Below are positions 28,797 through 38,873 of a DNA stretch of 64,000 nt, one piece after another. The notes under the pieces are model-generated. The model had not been told where the DNA came from, did not search any database, and worked only from the letters and a program-made list of their open reading frames with translations. The position numbers were made by a program, and so were the translations under genes. This DNA is from Candidatus Bathyarchaeota archaeon (lineage in GTDB: Archaea > Thermoproteota > Bathyarchaeia > Bathyarchaeales > Bathycorpusculaceae). The stretch is taken from positions 288,001 through 352,000 of the forward strand of contig OY970280.1 of assembly GCA_963715865.1 (NCBI GenBank), given 5' to 3'. Each line of letters begins with the position of its first letter. Within the stretch, counting starts at the first letter, position 1.

Positions 28797-29186
28797 GTGA
28801 CAAAAAGTTTGAACAAATCTTGCCTAGACTCAATTGATGAAGCCTTCTCTACGTTAGGAGAAAGTGCAAAAACGTCAATTTACTTTTACCTAGAGAAAAA
28901 TTTCTTGATTACAAAGCAAGATATTCCGTATAAGGTTGATGATTTTTCTGATGCTCTTGAACAAATTTTCGGCTTAGGCGCAAGACACCTTGAAATTTTG
29001 ATCATGGAGAAGCTTCATGCAAAAGTCACTTGTTCCTATAAATGGACTGGCCCGAACTGGCTTGTCCCGGATTTAACATTTCGAAAATATGTTGAGCTGG
29101 CGAGGCTAGGCTACGTAGATACGGAGAAAACAAGAGAATTAGAGGTTTGGATAGATGCAGAAGAAAAACAAGAGCAATACGTTTAA
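28797..29186 (+). CDS. DUF3227-like small archaeal protein upstream of a sensor kinase
   Basis: IDEAFSTLGES.K..IYFYLE...IP....F..ALEQIFG.GA..LE pattern. Confidence 0.6.
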   Translation: MTKSLNKSCLDSIDEAFSTLGESAKTSIYFYLEKNFLITKQDIPYKVDDFSDALEQIFGLGARHLEILIMEKLHAKVTCSYKWTGPNWLVPDLTFRKYVELARLGYVDTEKTRELEVWIDAEEKQEQYV

Positions 29187-32100
29187 AGACAACTTTCGAG
29201 AGCTTCTAAACTCTTTTTCAGACCCAATCATGGTCTTAAAGCAAGAAGGTGTTGTGCTGGTTGCTAACAAAGCCGTATGCACGTTTCTCGGAGTCGCGAG
29301 TGAGGAATTAATAGGTAAGCATTTTGAAGATTTGAAGTTCCTTGATAAGAAAACGAAAATGCTCATCCAAAGTCAACTTGAGAAAAGGATGAAAGGAGAA
29401 GTAGTCAAGAATTATGAAATCCCGGTTCTCGTAAACGGTGAAACCAAATACTTCGAGCCAAGAGGCAACAGAATTGAGTACTTTGGGGAACCAGCTGATC
29501 TGATCATTTTCCATGACGTTACAGAAAGAAGACAACTTCAAAGTCAACTATTAGTAAAAACAGCAGAGATTGACGAACATTGCCAAGAATTTGAAGGAAA
29601 ATACAGGAAACTTTTCCGAGAATCAATTGACGCCATCTTTATAGCAGATGCTGAAACAGGCATAATAGTAGACTGTAACCCCGCTGCCCAGTTATTAGTC
29701 GGCAGGGACAAGTCGGAGTTGATTGGGCAACATCAGTCTATCCTTCACCCGCAAACGCTTGTGGAGGGGACAGATTTCTCAAAAGGATTCAAAGAACATG
29801 TTAAAGGCTGTCCAATGAGATCTCTTGAAACGCAAGTGGTAACGAAAACAGGAGAAATCAAATACGTTTCAGTCAGGGCAAGGGTTTTTGCGTTCCGCGG
29901 AAAAAAATTGATACAAGGCACATTCAGAGACATCACTGAGCGCAAGCTCATGCAGCAAGCACTGCAGGAAAATGAAGAGAAATTCCATGGAATAGCTAAT
30001 TCAGTCAGGGATACCATAATCTTAGTGGGCGAGGAAGACAAGGTTACTTACTGGAATCCTGCCGCTGAAAAAATATTTGGCTACACAAGTGAAGAGGCAA
30101 TTGGCAAAGATGTGCATGAGCTAGTTGTTCCAAACGCAATACGCAAAGAAGGAAAGGCTTGCATCCACGGAGAAGTAAAAAAGTTTGCTGAGACACACAT
30201 GGGCAATTTAGCATCCAAAAATGGTGAATTAATCTGTCGTCGCAAAGACGGAAGTGAATTCCCAGCCGAATTATCAATGACGCCGATAAAGTTGGGTAGA
30301 AAATGGAATGCGGTTGCAGTAGTAAAAGACACCACCCAGAAGAAACAAAGCGAGCAGAAACTGAGAGAGGCGGAACAACGTTACCATGCGTTATTTAACC
30401 AAGCACCATTAGGCGTCTTAGTAGTCGATCCGGAAACAACCGCATTGGTTGAATTCAACGATGTAGCCAATCGGCAACTGGGCTACTCCAAAGAGGAGTT
30501 TGCAAAACTCCGCATTGCAGATATCGAAGCCAAGGAAACGGCCGACGGAGTGAAAGCACACACAAGCAGAATGATGAAAGAAGGAGGAAGCGAGTTTGAG
30601 ACTAAACACCGTACCAAAGACGGCGAGGTCAGGGATGTCCTTGTAACTACGAGGACAGTTGAATTAGGCGGCAAAACTTTTCTCTACTGCATTTTTCACG
30701 ACATCACCGATATCAGAAAAGTGCAAGATGCCCTTATGAAAAGCGAAACGCAATATCGCCAACTAGTTGAGCTTGCCCAGGAGGGTGTTTGGGCTGTAGA
30801 TAAGGAATACTGCACCGCTTTTGTTAATCCTCGCATGGCTCAGATGTTGGGATATGCTGAAAGTGAAATGGCCGGAAGAAGCATTTTTGAATTCGTGGAT
30901 AAGAAGGACAGCGAGCAAGCTAAGCAATTTTTGGGGCAATTTAAGTATGGTGCCAAAGGACATTTTGAATACGAGTTTACTCGCAAAGATGGATCTCGCG
31001 TTTACGCCAGTATCGCAGCTTCCGCGATTAACGATGACGAAGGAAACCGTTTAGGGACGCTCGCTTTAGTTGCGGACGTCACAGAAGACAAAAGGATGCA
31101 GAAGGAGCTGAAACAAGAGCACTTTAGGCTGGAGGCAATAGCAAACAGCGTCGGTGCAGGTTTCGTAATCATAAGCCCGGACTATCGTATATTGTGGGCG
31201 AACAGGTTCATGAGAGAATACAAGGGCAACATGGATGGAAAACTCTGTTACGCAACGCTCAACTCTTTAGATGCGCCTTGCCCAGATTGCGGGGTTAAGA
31301 AAGTCTTCGAGGAAGGCGTTAGCTGGGACGCGCATGAATACTTCTCAACTGACATCAAAGGCAATCCATACTGGGTTGAACTCATTGCAACACCAATAAA
31401 AGACGCTGACGGCAAAGTCGAAACAGCAATAGAGGTAGCAGTAGATATTACTGAAAAGAAAAATCTGCAAAACAAACTGGCACAGTATTCTCAGAAACTC
31501 GAAAAACTGGTTGAAGAAAGAACCAAGCAGCTGGAAGAGGCGCAGCTTCGACTAGTCAAGTCCGAAAGACTTGCCGCTATTGGCGAATTAGCAGGAATGG
31601 TTGGACATGACCTGCGCAACCCGTTGACAGGAATCGAAAATGCTGCTTATTTCTTGAAAACCAAAGGTGCCACAATTTCTGAAGCCCAGGCTAAAGAAAT
31701 GCTTGAAACAATCGACAAATGCGTGGAACACTCGAACAAAATCGTCAGCGACCTTTTTGATTACTCAAAAGAAATCCGTTTAGAGCTACAAGAAAGTTCA
31801 CCACGAAACGTGCTATCTGAAGCTTTAGACATGGTGCAAGTGCCAGCAAAAGTGGAAATTCTAAACCTCATTCCAGACGAGCAACACCTAAACGTTGACC
31901 CAGACAAAATAGAACGAGTCTTCATAAATCTCATAAAAAACGCCATCGATGCAATGCCAAACGGAGGCAAAATAACGATTGACAGTAAAGAAGTAAATGG
32001 CAACTTGGAAATCTCTTTTGCTGACACAGGCATGGGCATTTCTGACGAAATTTTACCAAAGATGTTCTCCCCATTGTTCACTACGAAAGCGCAGGGCATG

Positions 32101-32289
32101 GGCTTCGGCTTAGCCATATGCAAACGCATCATCGAGGCGCATGAAGGAACAATAAGCGTTAAAACAGCCACAGGCAAAGGAACAACCTTCACGGTTACTT
32201 TGCCAATTAAACACGAACCTGAAATTGGAGGTGAAAAAGTTTGGATAAACATGCCAGAATCCTCGTTGTCGACGATGACGAAAGCATAA
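29155..32289 (+). CDS. Multi-PAS sensor histidine kinase
   Basis: About six PAS repeats ending in DITE-like motifs, H-box GHDLRNPL, NLIKNAIDAM, DTGMG and GMGFGL. Confidence 0.92.
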   Translation: MQKKNKSNTFKDNFRELLNSFSDPIMVLKQEGVVLVANKAVCTFLGVASEELIGKHFEDLKFLDKKTKMLIQSQLEKRMKGEVVKNYEIPVLVNGETKYFEPRGNRIEYFGEPADLIIFHDVTERRQLQSQLLVKTAEIDEHCQEFEGKYRKLFRESIDAIFIADAETGIIVDCNPAAQLLVGRDKSELIGQHQSILHPQTLVEGTDFSKGFKEHVKGCPMRSLETQVVTKTGEIKYVSVRARVFAFRGKKLIQGTFRDITERKLMQQALQENEEKFHGIANSVRDTIILVGEEDKVTYWNPAAEKIFGYTSEEAIGKDVHELVVPNAIRKEGKACIHGEVKKFAETHMGNLASKNGELICRRKDGSEFPAELSMTPIKLGRKWNAVAVVKDTTQKKQSEQKLREAEQRYHALFNQAPLGVLVVDPETTALVEFNDVANRQLGYSKEEFAKLRIADIEAKETADGVKAHTSRMMKEGGSEFETKHRTKDGEVRDVLVTTRTVELGGKTFLYCIFHDITDIRKVQDALMKSETQYRQLVELAQEGVWAVDKEYCTAFVNPRMAQMLGYAESEMAGRSIFEFVDKKDSEQAKQFLGQFKYGAKGHFEYEFTRKDGSRVYASIAASAINDDEGNRLGTLALVADVTEDKRMQKELKQEHFRLEAIANSVGAGFVIISPDYRILWANRFMREYKGNMDGKLCYATLNSLDAPCPDCGVKKVFEEGVSWDAHEYFSTDIKGNPYWVELIATPIKDADGKVETAIEVAVDITEKKNLQNKLAQYSQKLEKLVEERTKQLEEAQLRLVKSERLAAIGELAGMVGHDLRNPLTGIENAAYFLKTKGATISEAQAKEMLETIDKCVEHSNKIVSDLFDYSKEIRLELQESSPRNVLSEALDMVQVPAKVEILNLIPDEQHLNVDPDKIERVFINLIKNAIDAMPNGGKITIDSKEVNGNLEISFADTGMGISDEILPKMFSPLFTTKAQGMGFGLAICKRIIEAHEGTISVKTATGKGTTFTVTLPIKHEPEIGGEKVWINMPESSLSTMTKA

Positions 32290-32693
32290 GAAAAACGATG
32301 AAAGCTATACTTGAAGACGAAGGTTACATTGTGGATTTAGCAGCTACCGGAAGCGAAGCCATTCAAAAAACGAAAGAAAAAGCCTACAACATAGCGCTCT
32401 TAGACATCCGATTGCCCGACATAGAAGGCGTAGAACTACTAAAACTAATAAAAGACACAGTGCCACATACCCGCAAAATAATGGTCACAGGCTACCCCTC
32501 AATGCAAAACGCTGTAGCCGCCCTAAACAAGAACGCAGACGCATACTTAATCAAGCCCGTAAACGTTGAAAAACTCCTGAATACGGTGAAAGAGCAGTTG
32601 CAGTTACAGGAAGATGAAAGAAGATTTAGCGAGCAAAAAGTAGCCGAATTCATTGAAACCCGAGTCAAAGAATTGTCCGTCAACCGTCTCTAA
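32241..32693 (+). CDS. Single-domain response regulator (receiver)
   Basis: ILVVDDD, LLDIRLPD (phospho-Asp), VTG and YLIKP. TTG start after GGAGGTG. Confidence 0.92.
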   Translation: MDKHARILVVDDDESIRKTMKAILEDEGYIVDLAATGSEAIQKTKEKAYNIALLDIRLPDIEGVELLKLIKDTVPHTRKIMVTGYPSMQNAVAALNKNADAYLIKPVNVEKLLNTVKEQLQLQEDERRFSEQKVAEFIETRVKELSVNRL

Positions 32694-33232
32694 ACAGACG
32701 AATATTCCCATTTTTATTTCATGCTCTAAGTTTTATTCAAACGAAAAAGTAGATTTGTTGCTGTTATTGCACAGTCACGCATGTTAATACGGTAAATTTC
32801 CCGCTATTCCTTAGGGTGAAAAAATTATGGTTTTCATTGATCAGGCGCCCTTTTTTCTTAGCCTTTTGGAGGTGACAGTTTTCGTAGAAGAGAAAAAGAA
32901 AGGTCAATTTACTATTGACAACGAAAAAAGAAAAAAGAAACAATTGAAGAAAGCCATCATCAAGTCAATATACCTCCAGATATTGGCGACGAAGAAAAGA
33001 AAGCTTTGGAGCAAACTGGTGACGATGCAATTTCAGGATGGTAAAAATAACTATTCAATTTTCCGTCTTCAAACGGCAAGCAAAACAGTTCACTTTCTTG
33101 AAAGGAAGTTTTTTGGATTTAGAAAAAAACCCTAAACATAATGTTTCAAACCTGAAAAATTAATCTATTTACTAGATAAAACGCAAATCTTTTATTAACA
33201 TCAACTATAGTAATAAACAAGAGGCAAAACCC

Positions 33233-33493
33233 TTGACAGAAGAAGCCATAATCGAAATCGGACACATAACACATTTCTTCTCCAAAATCAGTGTAGCAGT
33301 AGTAGAATTAACATTACCCTTAGCGGTTGGAGACCGCATACTCATCAAAGGGCCCTCAACCGATTTTGAGCAAACTGTAGAATCCATGCAAATAGACCGC
33401 AAAGATATCCAACGAGCTGAAGGTGGACAAAGCATAGGATTAAAAGTGGCGCAACCAGCAAAAGAAAAAGATGTAGTTTATAAGAAACTGTAA
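33233..33493 (+). CDS. Translation-factor-like beta-barrel protein (U32 peptidase C-terminal-like)
   Basis: IGHITHFFSKISVAVVEL...VGD.I.IKG..TDFEQTVESMQID......A..GQ.IGLKV. Confidence 0.78.
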   Translation: MTEEAIIEIGHITHFFSKISVAVVELTLPLAVGDRILIKGPSTDFEQTVESMQIDRKDIQRAEGGQSIGLKVAQPAKEKDVVYKKL

Positions 33494-33530
33494 TGCGTTT
33501 AAGGGACAATTTCGCGGCCAGGTGTACTGA

Positions 33531-33782
33531 ATGGGTGGCCTGTCAAAGAATCAAAAGAAAATCATGGAGTTCCTCCAAATTAAATCTGACATGACGACGA
33601 AGGAAATCGCAGAGTTGATTTTCGGCAGAATTGTGTTATATAAATCAAAGGAATACGCTTCAGTCCACCGTAGCCTGATTTCTCTAGAACGCCTAAGCTA
33701 CATCCAGAGAGTTCAGGTTCAGCTTAGATGGCGCTTAGCGGCCAAGAAGAAAGCTGAGGGTGCCCCAAGACTCAAGGAATGA
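33531..33782 (+). CDS. Small winged-helix protein
   Basis: LSKNQKKI.EFL.....TTKEIAE...SVHRSL..LE...YI.R pattern. Confidence 0.6.
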   Translation: MGGLSKNQKKIMEFLQIKSDMTTKEIAELIFGRIVLYKSKEYASVHRSLISLERLSYIQRVQVQLRWRLAAKKKAEGAPRLKE

Positions 33783-34899
33783 TTTCGCAACCGTTGTATT
33801 TGAAGTAATCAAAGTCTGCTAAGCTAATCGTACCGTTGTTTACGAGTTTTCTGATTCTTTGTAACTGACCTTCAACAGATCGTATCAAACCCTTTACAGT
33901 GTTGCAAACTTCAGCGTAGGCTTGGTCGCTCCAACGTTTAGTTACGTTAGCATAGAGACAACGCCCTCCGCAAACACCAAGAACATTACATTCTGTGCAA
34001 GGCGTATTGTTTACGAGTATCTTTCCAAGGCTTAATGGATCCGTTTCAGCGATGTGACCCAGATAGTACTTTTTCATACCCCACATTGTTGGGCACGGAA
34101 TTATGCGGCCGTCAGTCTGGATTGCATAGTTTATCCAGCCTCCACCGCAGCGCATCAGGCTTGGCTCTTTATCTAGGATGAGTGAACTTGCAATTCCCAG
34201 AAGTGGGTAGAGCCGCAACACAACGCCTTTTTCTTCCATCTGGTCCACCCAGAAACTTGCCAACTTCTCAACCCCTGGAATGTATTGGTCCTCGCTCCAC
34301 CGCTTGAAATCTCGCCTTGCATAGTCGTTTCCCCAGAAACCAGCGTTCAACTGCCAATGAACAGACGAAAAAGGGAACACATTGTTGTCCAGAAGCCATG
34401 TGACCTGCTTGTAGATGTCAGTCTGCTCCATAACCGTCATCCTCGCAATCAACTCGCCGCTGAAGCCATTTTTCGCGATATGCTTCAGGTTATCTACGAC
34501 TTTTTTGAAAGTGCCTTTTCCCCTGTAATAGTCCGTTAACGCTTCATCACCGTCTAGAGAAACGAGGATGGAGTGGAAACGGTTAACGTACTCCTGTTCT
34601 AAATGGTCAAGGAGCACACCGTTTGTCTGGATCATGAAGTGTTTTGGCTTCACCATGTCCATAATTTGTTTTATCTCACTCGTGCACAGAAGAGGTTCGC
34701 CACCGTAAAACGTCACGACACAATCGGCGTCGCGGCGGCAAAAATTAGCTAACATTTTCCAGTCATAATTCGCTTTCTTCGGCAAGGAATAATCTACATC
34801 GAATTCGCCGAAGTCTTCATCAAAATCCTCCAGCGTCTCGCCGAAACAGTACCTGCATTGCAAGTTGCATTCAGTTGTCAGAACGATGTGGAAGAACAT
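33772..34899 (-). CDS. Radical SAM/SPASM protein (resembles the AF0577 / TIGR04084 family)
   Basis: CNLQCRYC, FYGGEPLL, QTNG and SLDG, with SPASM Cys set RCGGG...PCP...C.EC....CGGRC...C. Confidence 0.85.
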   Translation of the reverse strand: MFFHIVLTTECNLQCRYCFGETLEDFDEDFGEFDVDYSLPKKANYDWKMLANFCRRDADCVVTFYGGEPLLCTSEIKQIMDMVKPKHFMIQTNGVLLDHLEQEYVNRFHSILVSLDGDEALTDYYRGKGTFKKVVDNLKHIAKNGFSGELIARMTVMEQTDIYKQVTWLLDNNVFPFSSVHWQLNAGFWGNDYARRDFKRWSEDQYIPGVEKLASFWVDQMEEKGVVLRLYPLLGIASSLILDKEPSLMRCGGGWINYAIQTDGRIIPCPTMWGMKKYYLGHIAETDPLSLGKILVNNTPCTECNVLGVCGGRCLYANVTKRWSDQAYAEVCNTVKGLIRSVEGQLQRIRKLVNNGTISLADFDYFKYNGCEIIP

Positions 34900-34924
34900 G
34901 CCTTAGCTTAAATAAAGAACGAGC

Positions 34925-36247
34925 TTAATAGTATTTTTCCGCGAACTCTTTAGCTTTCTCCATGTTTTCCTGACCACCCTCGAATTCCACACACTCCTGC
35001 TCTGCCTTATCAGGTTCGCATTCCTTCTTTGCCTTGGCTTCATCTTTTTTATGTGCTTTCGCCACTTCTTTCTGTGCTTTCTCGATGTAGTTTTTCAGAT
35101 CGCGAGCTCTCATGATTTTTTCGGACAGCGTTTCAGGGGCATAAAGCAGGGGAATAGTTGCCAAGAACAGGAATAAGCTTGCCAAAGAGAAGGAGGTTGT
35201 AACCGGGACAGCTTCGACAAAAGGCTGAGCCAGCGCTTCAATCAGGTTCGAGAATAGAAAGGGCATACAGCCCAAAAGGTAAAAACTTTCCCTGTTTCTT
35301 CCTTCAGAGATGTCTCCCCAGACAACGAAGATGAAAGTAACGTAAAGGAAGCCCCATGCGACTCCGTCAAATAACACATACATAATTTGGGAAAACGCTG
35401 TTCCTGGAAGAAGGCTTAAAAACGCGTATGCCAAACCAAGCAAAATAAACCCCAAAATACCTGAGATTTTGCGTCCCTTGAAGTCGCATATCACGCCTCC
35501 AAGAAAAGCTGAAAAACTGGTTATTAAGAGCACAACCACCATGTACAAGCTGTATAATTCCGCTCCAAAATAGTGCTCTACTAAAGGTACTTCCACGAAG
35601 TTTACAATGGTGAATAGAAACCATGGGACAAAGTACAGAAAAAAGGTCCGTTCCCGAATTATGTTTAGGAGAGAAGTTTTGCGTTCCTCAACAACTCCCG
35701 CTTTAGGCACCAAGAAAAACACGCTTGCTGTGCCCATCAGTCTCCATGCTGCTAGCACTACAAACTTGTAGTCCACGTTTAAGGTGCCGATGTACATATA
35801 AATCAAAGCGGTAAGAGCTTGAATAGCGAAAAACACAAAAGCTCCATTTCGACCGCGGTTATTAGATTTTGAATTCTCCGAAAAGAACGCAAGACAAGTA
35901 GGAATACCCAATCCAGCTAATGCTCCGATAGGAAGCGATAAAAAAACCACGTTGAGCGAGATCGCCTGTGGAGCCAAAAACGCCGAAACCGTACATGTGA
36001 CCGCACCTAGCGAGACCCAAGTTAACAACGACGTTTTTCCTCTTAGTTTCTTGCTCAAAACAGTTGCGCCAATGATAGCGGAGGCAAGTAAAGTCCCAAA
36101 GTATGCGATAGACGCCAGCAAAATGTTGCTGAAGGAAGTTTTTCCTATAATGTCTGAAATGACAAACCAAGTAAGGGAGAACCAAGATACACTATTAATC
36201 AGCAGGAATAGAGAAGGAAGCGACTCTCGTGTTTTGGCTTTCCACAT
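34925..36247 (-). CDS. MFS-like membrane protein with charged C-terminal tail
   Basis: About 12 TM segments, a D..GRK loop motif and a Lys/Glu-rich tail. Confidence 0.65.
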   Translation of the reverse strand: MWKAKTRESLPSLFLLINSVSWFSLTWFVISDIIGKTSFSNILLASIAYFGTLLASAIIGATVLSKKLRGKTSLLTWVSLGAVTCTVSAFLAPQAISLNVVFLSLPIGALAGLGIPTCLAFFSENSKSNNRGRNGAFVFFAIQALTALIYMYIGTLNVDYKFVVLAAWRLMGTASVFFLVPKAGVVEERKTSLLNIIRERTFFLYFVPWFLFTIVNFVEVPLVEHYFGAELYSLYMVVVLLITSFSAFLGGVICDFKGRKISGILGFILLGLAYAFLSLLPGTAFSQIMYVLFDGVAWGFLYVTFIFVVWGDISEGRNRESFYLLGCMPFLFSNLIEALAQPFVEAVPVTTSFSLASLFLFLATIPLLYAPETLSEKIMRARDLKNYIEKAQKEVAKAHKKDEAKAKKECEPDKAEQECVEFEGGQENMEKAKEFAEKYY

Positions 36248-36448
36248 TTCGTTTCTGTTATAAATCAGGTTTGGTTAGTTACTAACTTTATGAATCCTAA
36301 ATTCTGATTTTGAACACGCTTTTTCACTTCTATACCAGTGTTCAATGACAAAGCTTATATTGCCGAAGTGTTGAACAGATATACAGGTGAGGAGAAATGG
36401 AGAAGAAGAGAACAGTTCGGAGAAAACCAAAAGTCCTTGCTTGGTAAA

Positions 36449-37441
36449 CTACAAGTCTTCGATCAAGGAAGCGGCCAATAAGTGAAGTTCTTCTTTCACT
36501 CGGTTATTTGGTAGTGTATCTAATGCTTTTATTGCTTCTGTTTCTAAACTACTCAGATGTTGATTTAACAATCGAATCTCTCTAGTGCGGAGGATAGTCT
36601 CTATAAGCTCGTTACAATCGTCTTGGCTGAGGCTACCTGTTTCTAAGATCTCTCGGATTCGCATTCCATACTTTCGGTTTTGAAGCGCGTACAGAACTTG
36701 AAGCGGCAAGACCTCATGGTTTATCCTATGCATGAGCTCAGTTGGCTCAAAGATATCTACAAAATCTGATTTTACTGCCAAAAGAATGCCTATGTTTCTT
36801 CCGTAACTACTTAGAGCCTCGATTTTTTCTGCAGCACCTCCGCCGAAGGTAGCACCAATTCTCATTCGCCCTTCAATATCGGAGGCTTTTTTCGTTAAGA
36901 CTTGAAGGTATGTTGCAGGTCTCACCATCCGTTTCTTAGCTTTCAACTGAGCTTCTAACATGTGAGCTTCGACCACTTCGGAAAGGAAATGGTTCACTCC
37001 ATCAATAATCTGCAGCCTTCGGTCTTTCGGAAGGTTTTCTAAAGCTCTATAAAGCTGGCTGAAGCCTTTGACCATAAATCCATCGCCAATGAGCAGTGTC
37101 GCTTCTTTCCCTAACTTGCCATAAACCGTTTTTCTGTTTTTCTTAGCTAATGATTCGTCGATAATGTCGTCATGAATGTCCATTGTTGCGTCGATAAATA
37201 ATAGCGCTACCTGCAACGGCACAATTTCCTGTGCGTTTCCATCTACGGCTTCACATGCGAGGTAAAGTATACCTGGTCGAGTCGTATCATCCCATCTTGA
37301 AAGATATTGTTCAATAGCAGTGTCCACTTTTTTTACTTCGGTTTTTTCTGCAAGAATTATCTGCTTTACTATGGTGCGTGCTTTCGCGCTCTTTTCGTCT
37401 AAAAGTTTTAGAACTTTTTCGGTTAAGGTTTCATTTGCCAT
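36449..37441 (-). CDS. Polyprenyl synthetase-family protein with degenerate motifs
   Basis: TRPG, FARM IHDDIID and G..LLIGD. The SARM reads KSDFVD. Start set at ATG 37441. Confidence 0.78.
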   Translation of the reverse strand: MANETLTEKVLKLLDEKSAKARTIVKQIILAEKTEVKKVDTAIEQYLSRWDDTTRPGILYLACEAVDGNAQEIVPLQVALLFIDATMDIHDDIIDESLAKKNRKTVYGKLGKEATLLIGDGFMVKGFSQLYRALENLPKDRRLQIIDGVNHFLSEVVEAHMLEAQLKAKKRMVRPATYLQVLTKKASDIEGRMRIGATFGGGAAEKIEALSSYGRNIGILLAVKSDFVDIFEPTELMHRINHEVLPLQVLYALQNRKYGMRIREILETGSLSQDDCNELIETILRTREIRLLNQHLSSLETEAIKALDTLPNNRVKEELHLLAASLIEDL

Positions 37442-37559
37442 GAGATTCTTTCTTGCTCCTAAGTTGATATAATGTTTTCCTATAACTCCAGCAGATTTTG
37501 TCAATTCTGGGAAGTTATAGGACTTTGGGAGAGATGTTTTTTATTGAGAGATTGCGTTT

Positions 37560-38684
37560 TCAGTGGACGGAAAGATAATATCTTGCTTTTGCCAAGAAAT
37601 TCCTGAAGATATATGGAAGCCACAAAGCGAATCCCGAATCACTGTAAAATTTTGAGACCGCGCCTGCTGCAGAGTATAACTCGTCGCCATATTCCTTTCG
37701 CCAATACTTTTCAAAAAGATGAATGTTTCTGTCTAAAAAGGCCGAGCCACACAGCTTCCCTCCCTTCATGGCGTAATAAATACCTAGACCGCTTATAGCG
37801 TCTACATGCCCAGCTGCATCCCCAATCAAGGCCCAATTATTACCTGAACATGGCAAATCAAAAAAATTCTTCATCCAAACAGAAGGGATCAAATGGGTAA
37901 AAAACCGTCCTTCTAGGTTTTTCAAACGTTTACCCGCAGGATGCGAGGATATAAAAGTGTCCAACTCTCGTTTCAGTTTACTTCCTGATTCTCTACTTCC
38001 AATACCAACATTTATTTTCGTTCTTTTGGGAAAAATCCATATGAACCCCCCTTTTTTAACGTATTTATTCGAATAATAGATCTCTATACTGTTTTTGGCA
38101 AAATTCCTTTCCAAATAATTGCTTGAACAAGACAAATCGTAGCCGACAGTCGCTGCCAAAAACTTCCGAGGAATAGGCTTGTAAACATAATTTCTTATAA
38201 GCGATGGACAACCATCAGCCCCTACGAGGAATTCGACTTTTACGTTCTTATCTCTATTTGTTCTTAATATCCAGTTTCCTTTCTGCTCTATTACCTGATC
38301 TACTTTCTCTTCGAAAAACGACACACTCATGTTTCTTAGCGCCCTCTGAAGCAAGTATTCATCAAAAACTTTTCTTGAGACGAGAAACTGAGAAGGCTCT
38401 AGGAGAAATTTAGTGTGTAATTTAAATCTCTCAGTTAAACTCCACTTCACCTCATTTTCTAGGAGTGCCTTTGGGATTTCAAATTCTTCGACCACTCTAT
38501 CTTCGATGAGCCCTCCACATGGCTTTTCCCGAGGGCGAGAATGATCAAAAACAGCTACCTTAACTCCCGCTTCTCCTAGAATTTGTGCGCACATGGAGCC
38601 CGCGGGTCCTGCCCCGACAATGCCGACTTGAAACGTGTTTGATAGCATCTTTGTTACTTTATGTTCTGTTTTTATATTTGTCAT
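37560..38684 (-). CDS. Geranylgeranyl reductase-family FAD oxidoreductase
   Basis: GAGPAG, KPCGG, SRKVFD, VGADG, WIFPK, IGDAAG and GLGIYYAM. Confidence 0.85.
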   Translation of the reverse strand: MTNIKTEHKVTKMLSNTFQVGIVGAGPAGSMCAQILGEAGVKVAVFDHSRPREKPCGGLIEDRVVEEFEIPKALLENEVKWSLTERFKLHTKFLLEPSQFLVSRKVFDEYLLQRALRNMSVSFFEEKVDQVIEQKGNWILRTNRDKNVKVEFLVGADGCPSLIRNYVYKPIPRKFLAATVGYDLSCSSNYLERNFAKNSIEIYYSNKYVKKGGFIWIFPKRTKINVGIGSRESGSKLKRELDTFISSHPAGKRLKNLEGRFFTHLIPSVWMKNFFDLPCSGNNWALIGDAAGHVDAISGLGIYYAMKGGKLCGSAFLDRNIHLFEKYWRKEYGDELYSAAGAVSKFYSDSGFALWLPYIFRNFLAKARYYLSVH

Positions 38685-38873
38685 TTTAGGTTAGTCACAT
38701 TTAGATTAAAAGCAGAACTCTTAATAGTTATGACTTTGAGTGATGTTGAAAAGGTAAATAAGCATAAATTTGGAAACGCTTAGAATCATTTCAAACTTGG
38801 ATGGTGCTCTACTCGTTGGTACCGAGCAAGCAAATGGAAATGTATGAGGCCCTGAGAAGAATAAGGATGCATA

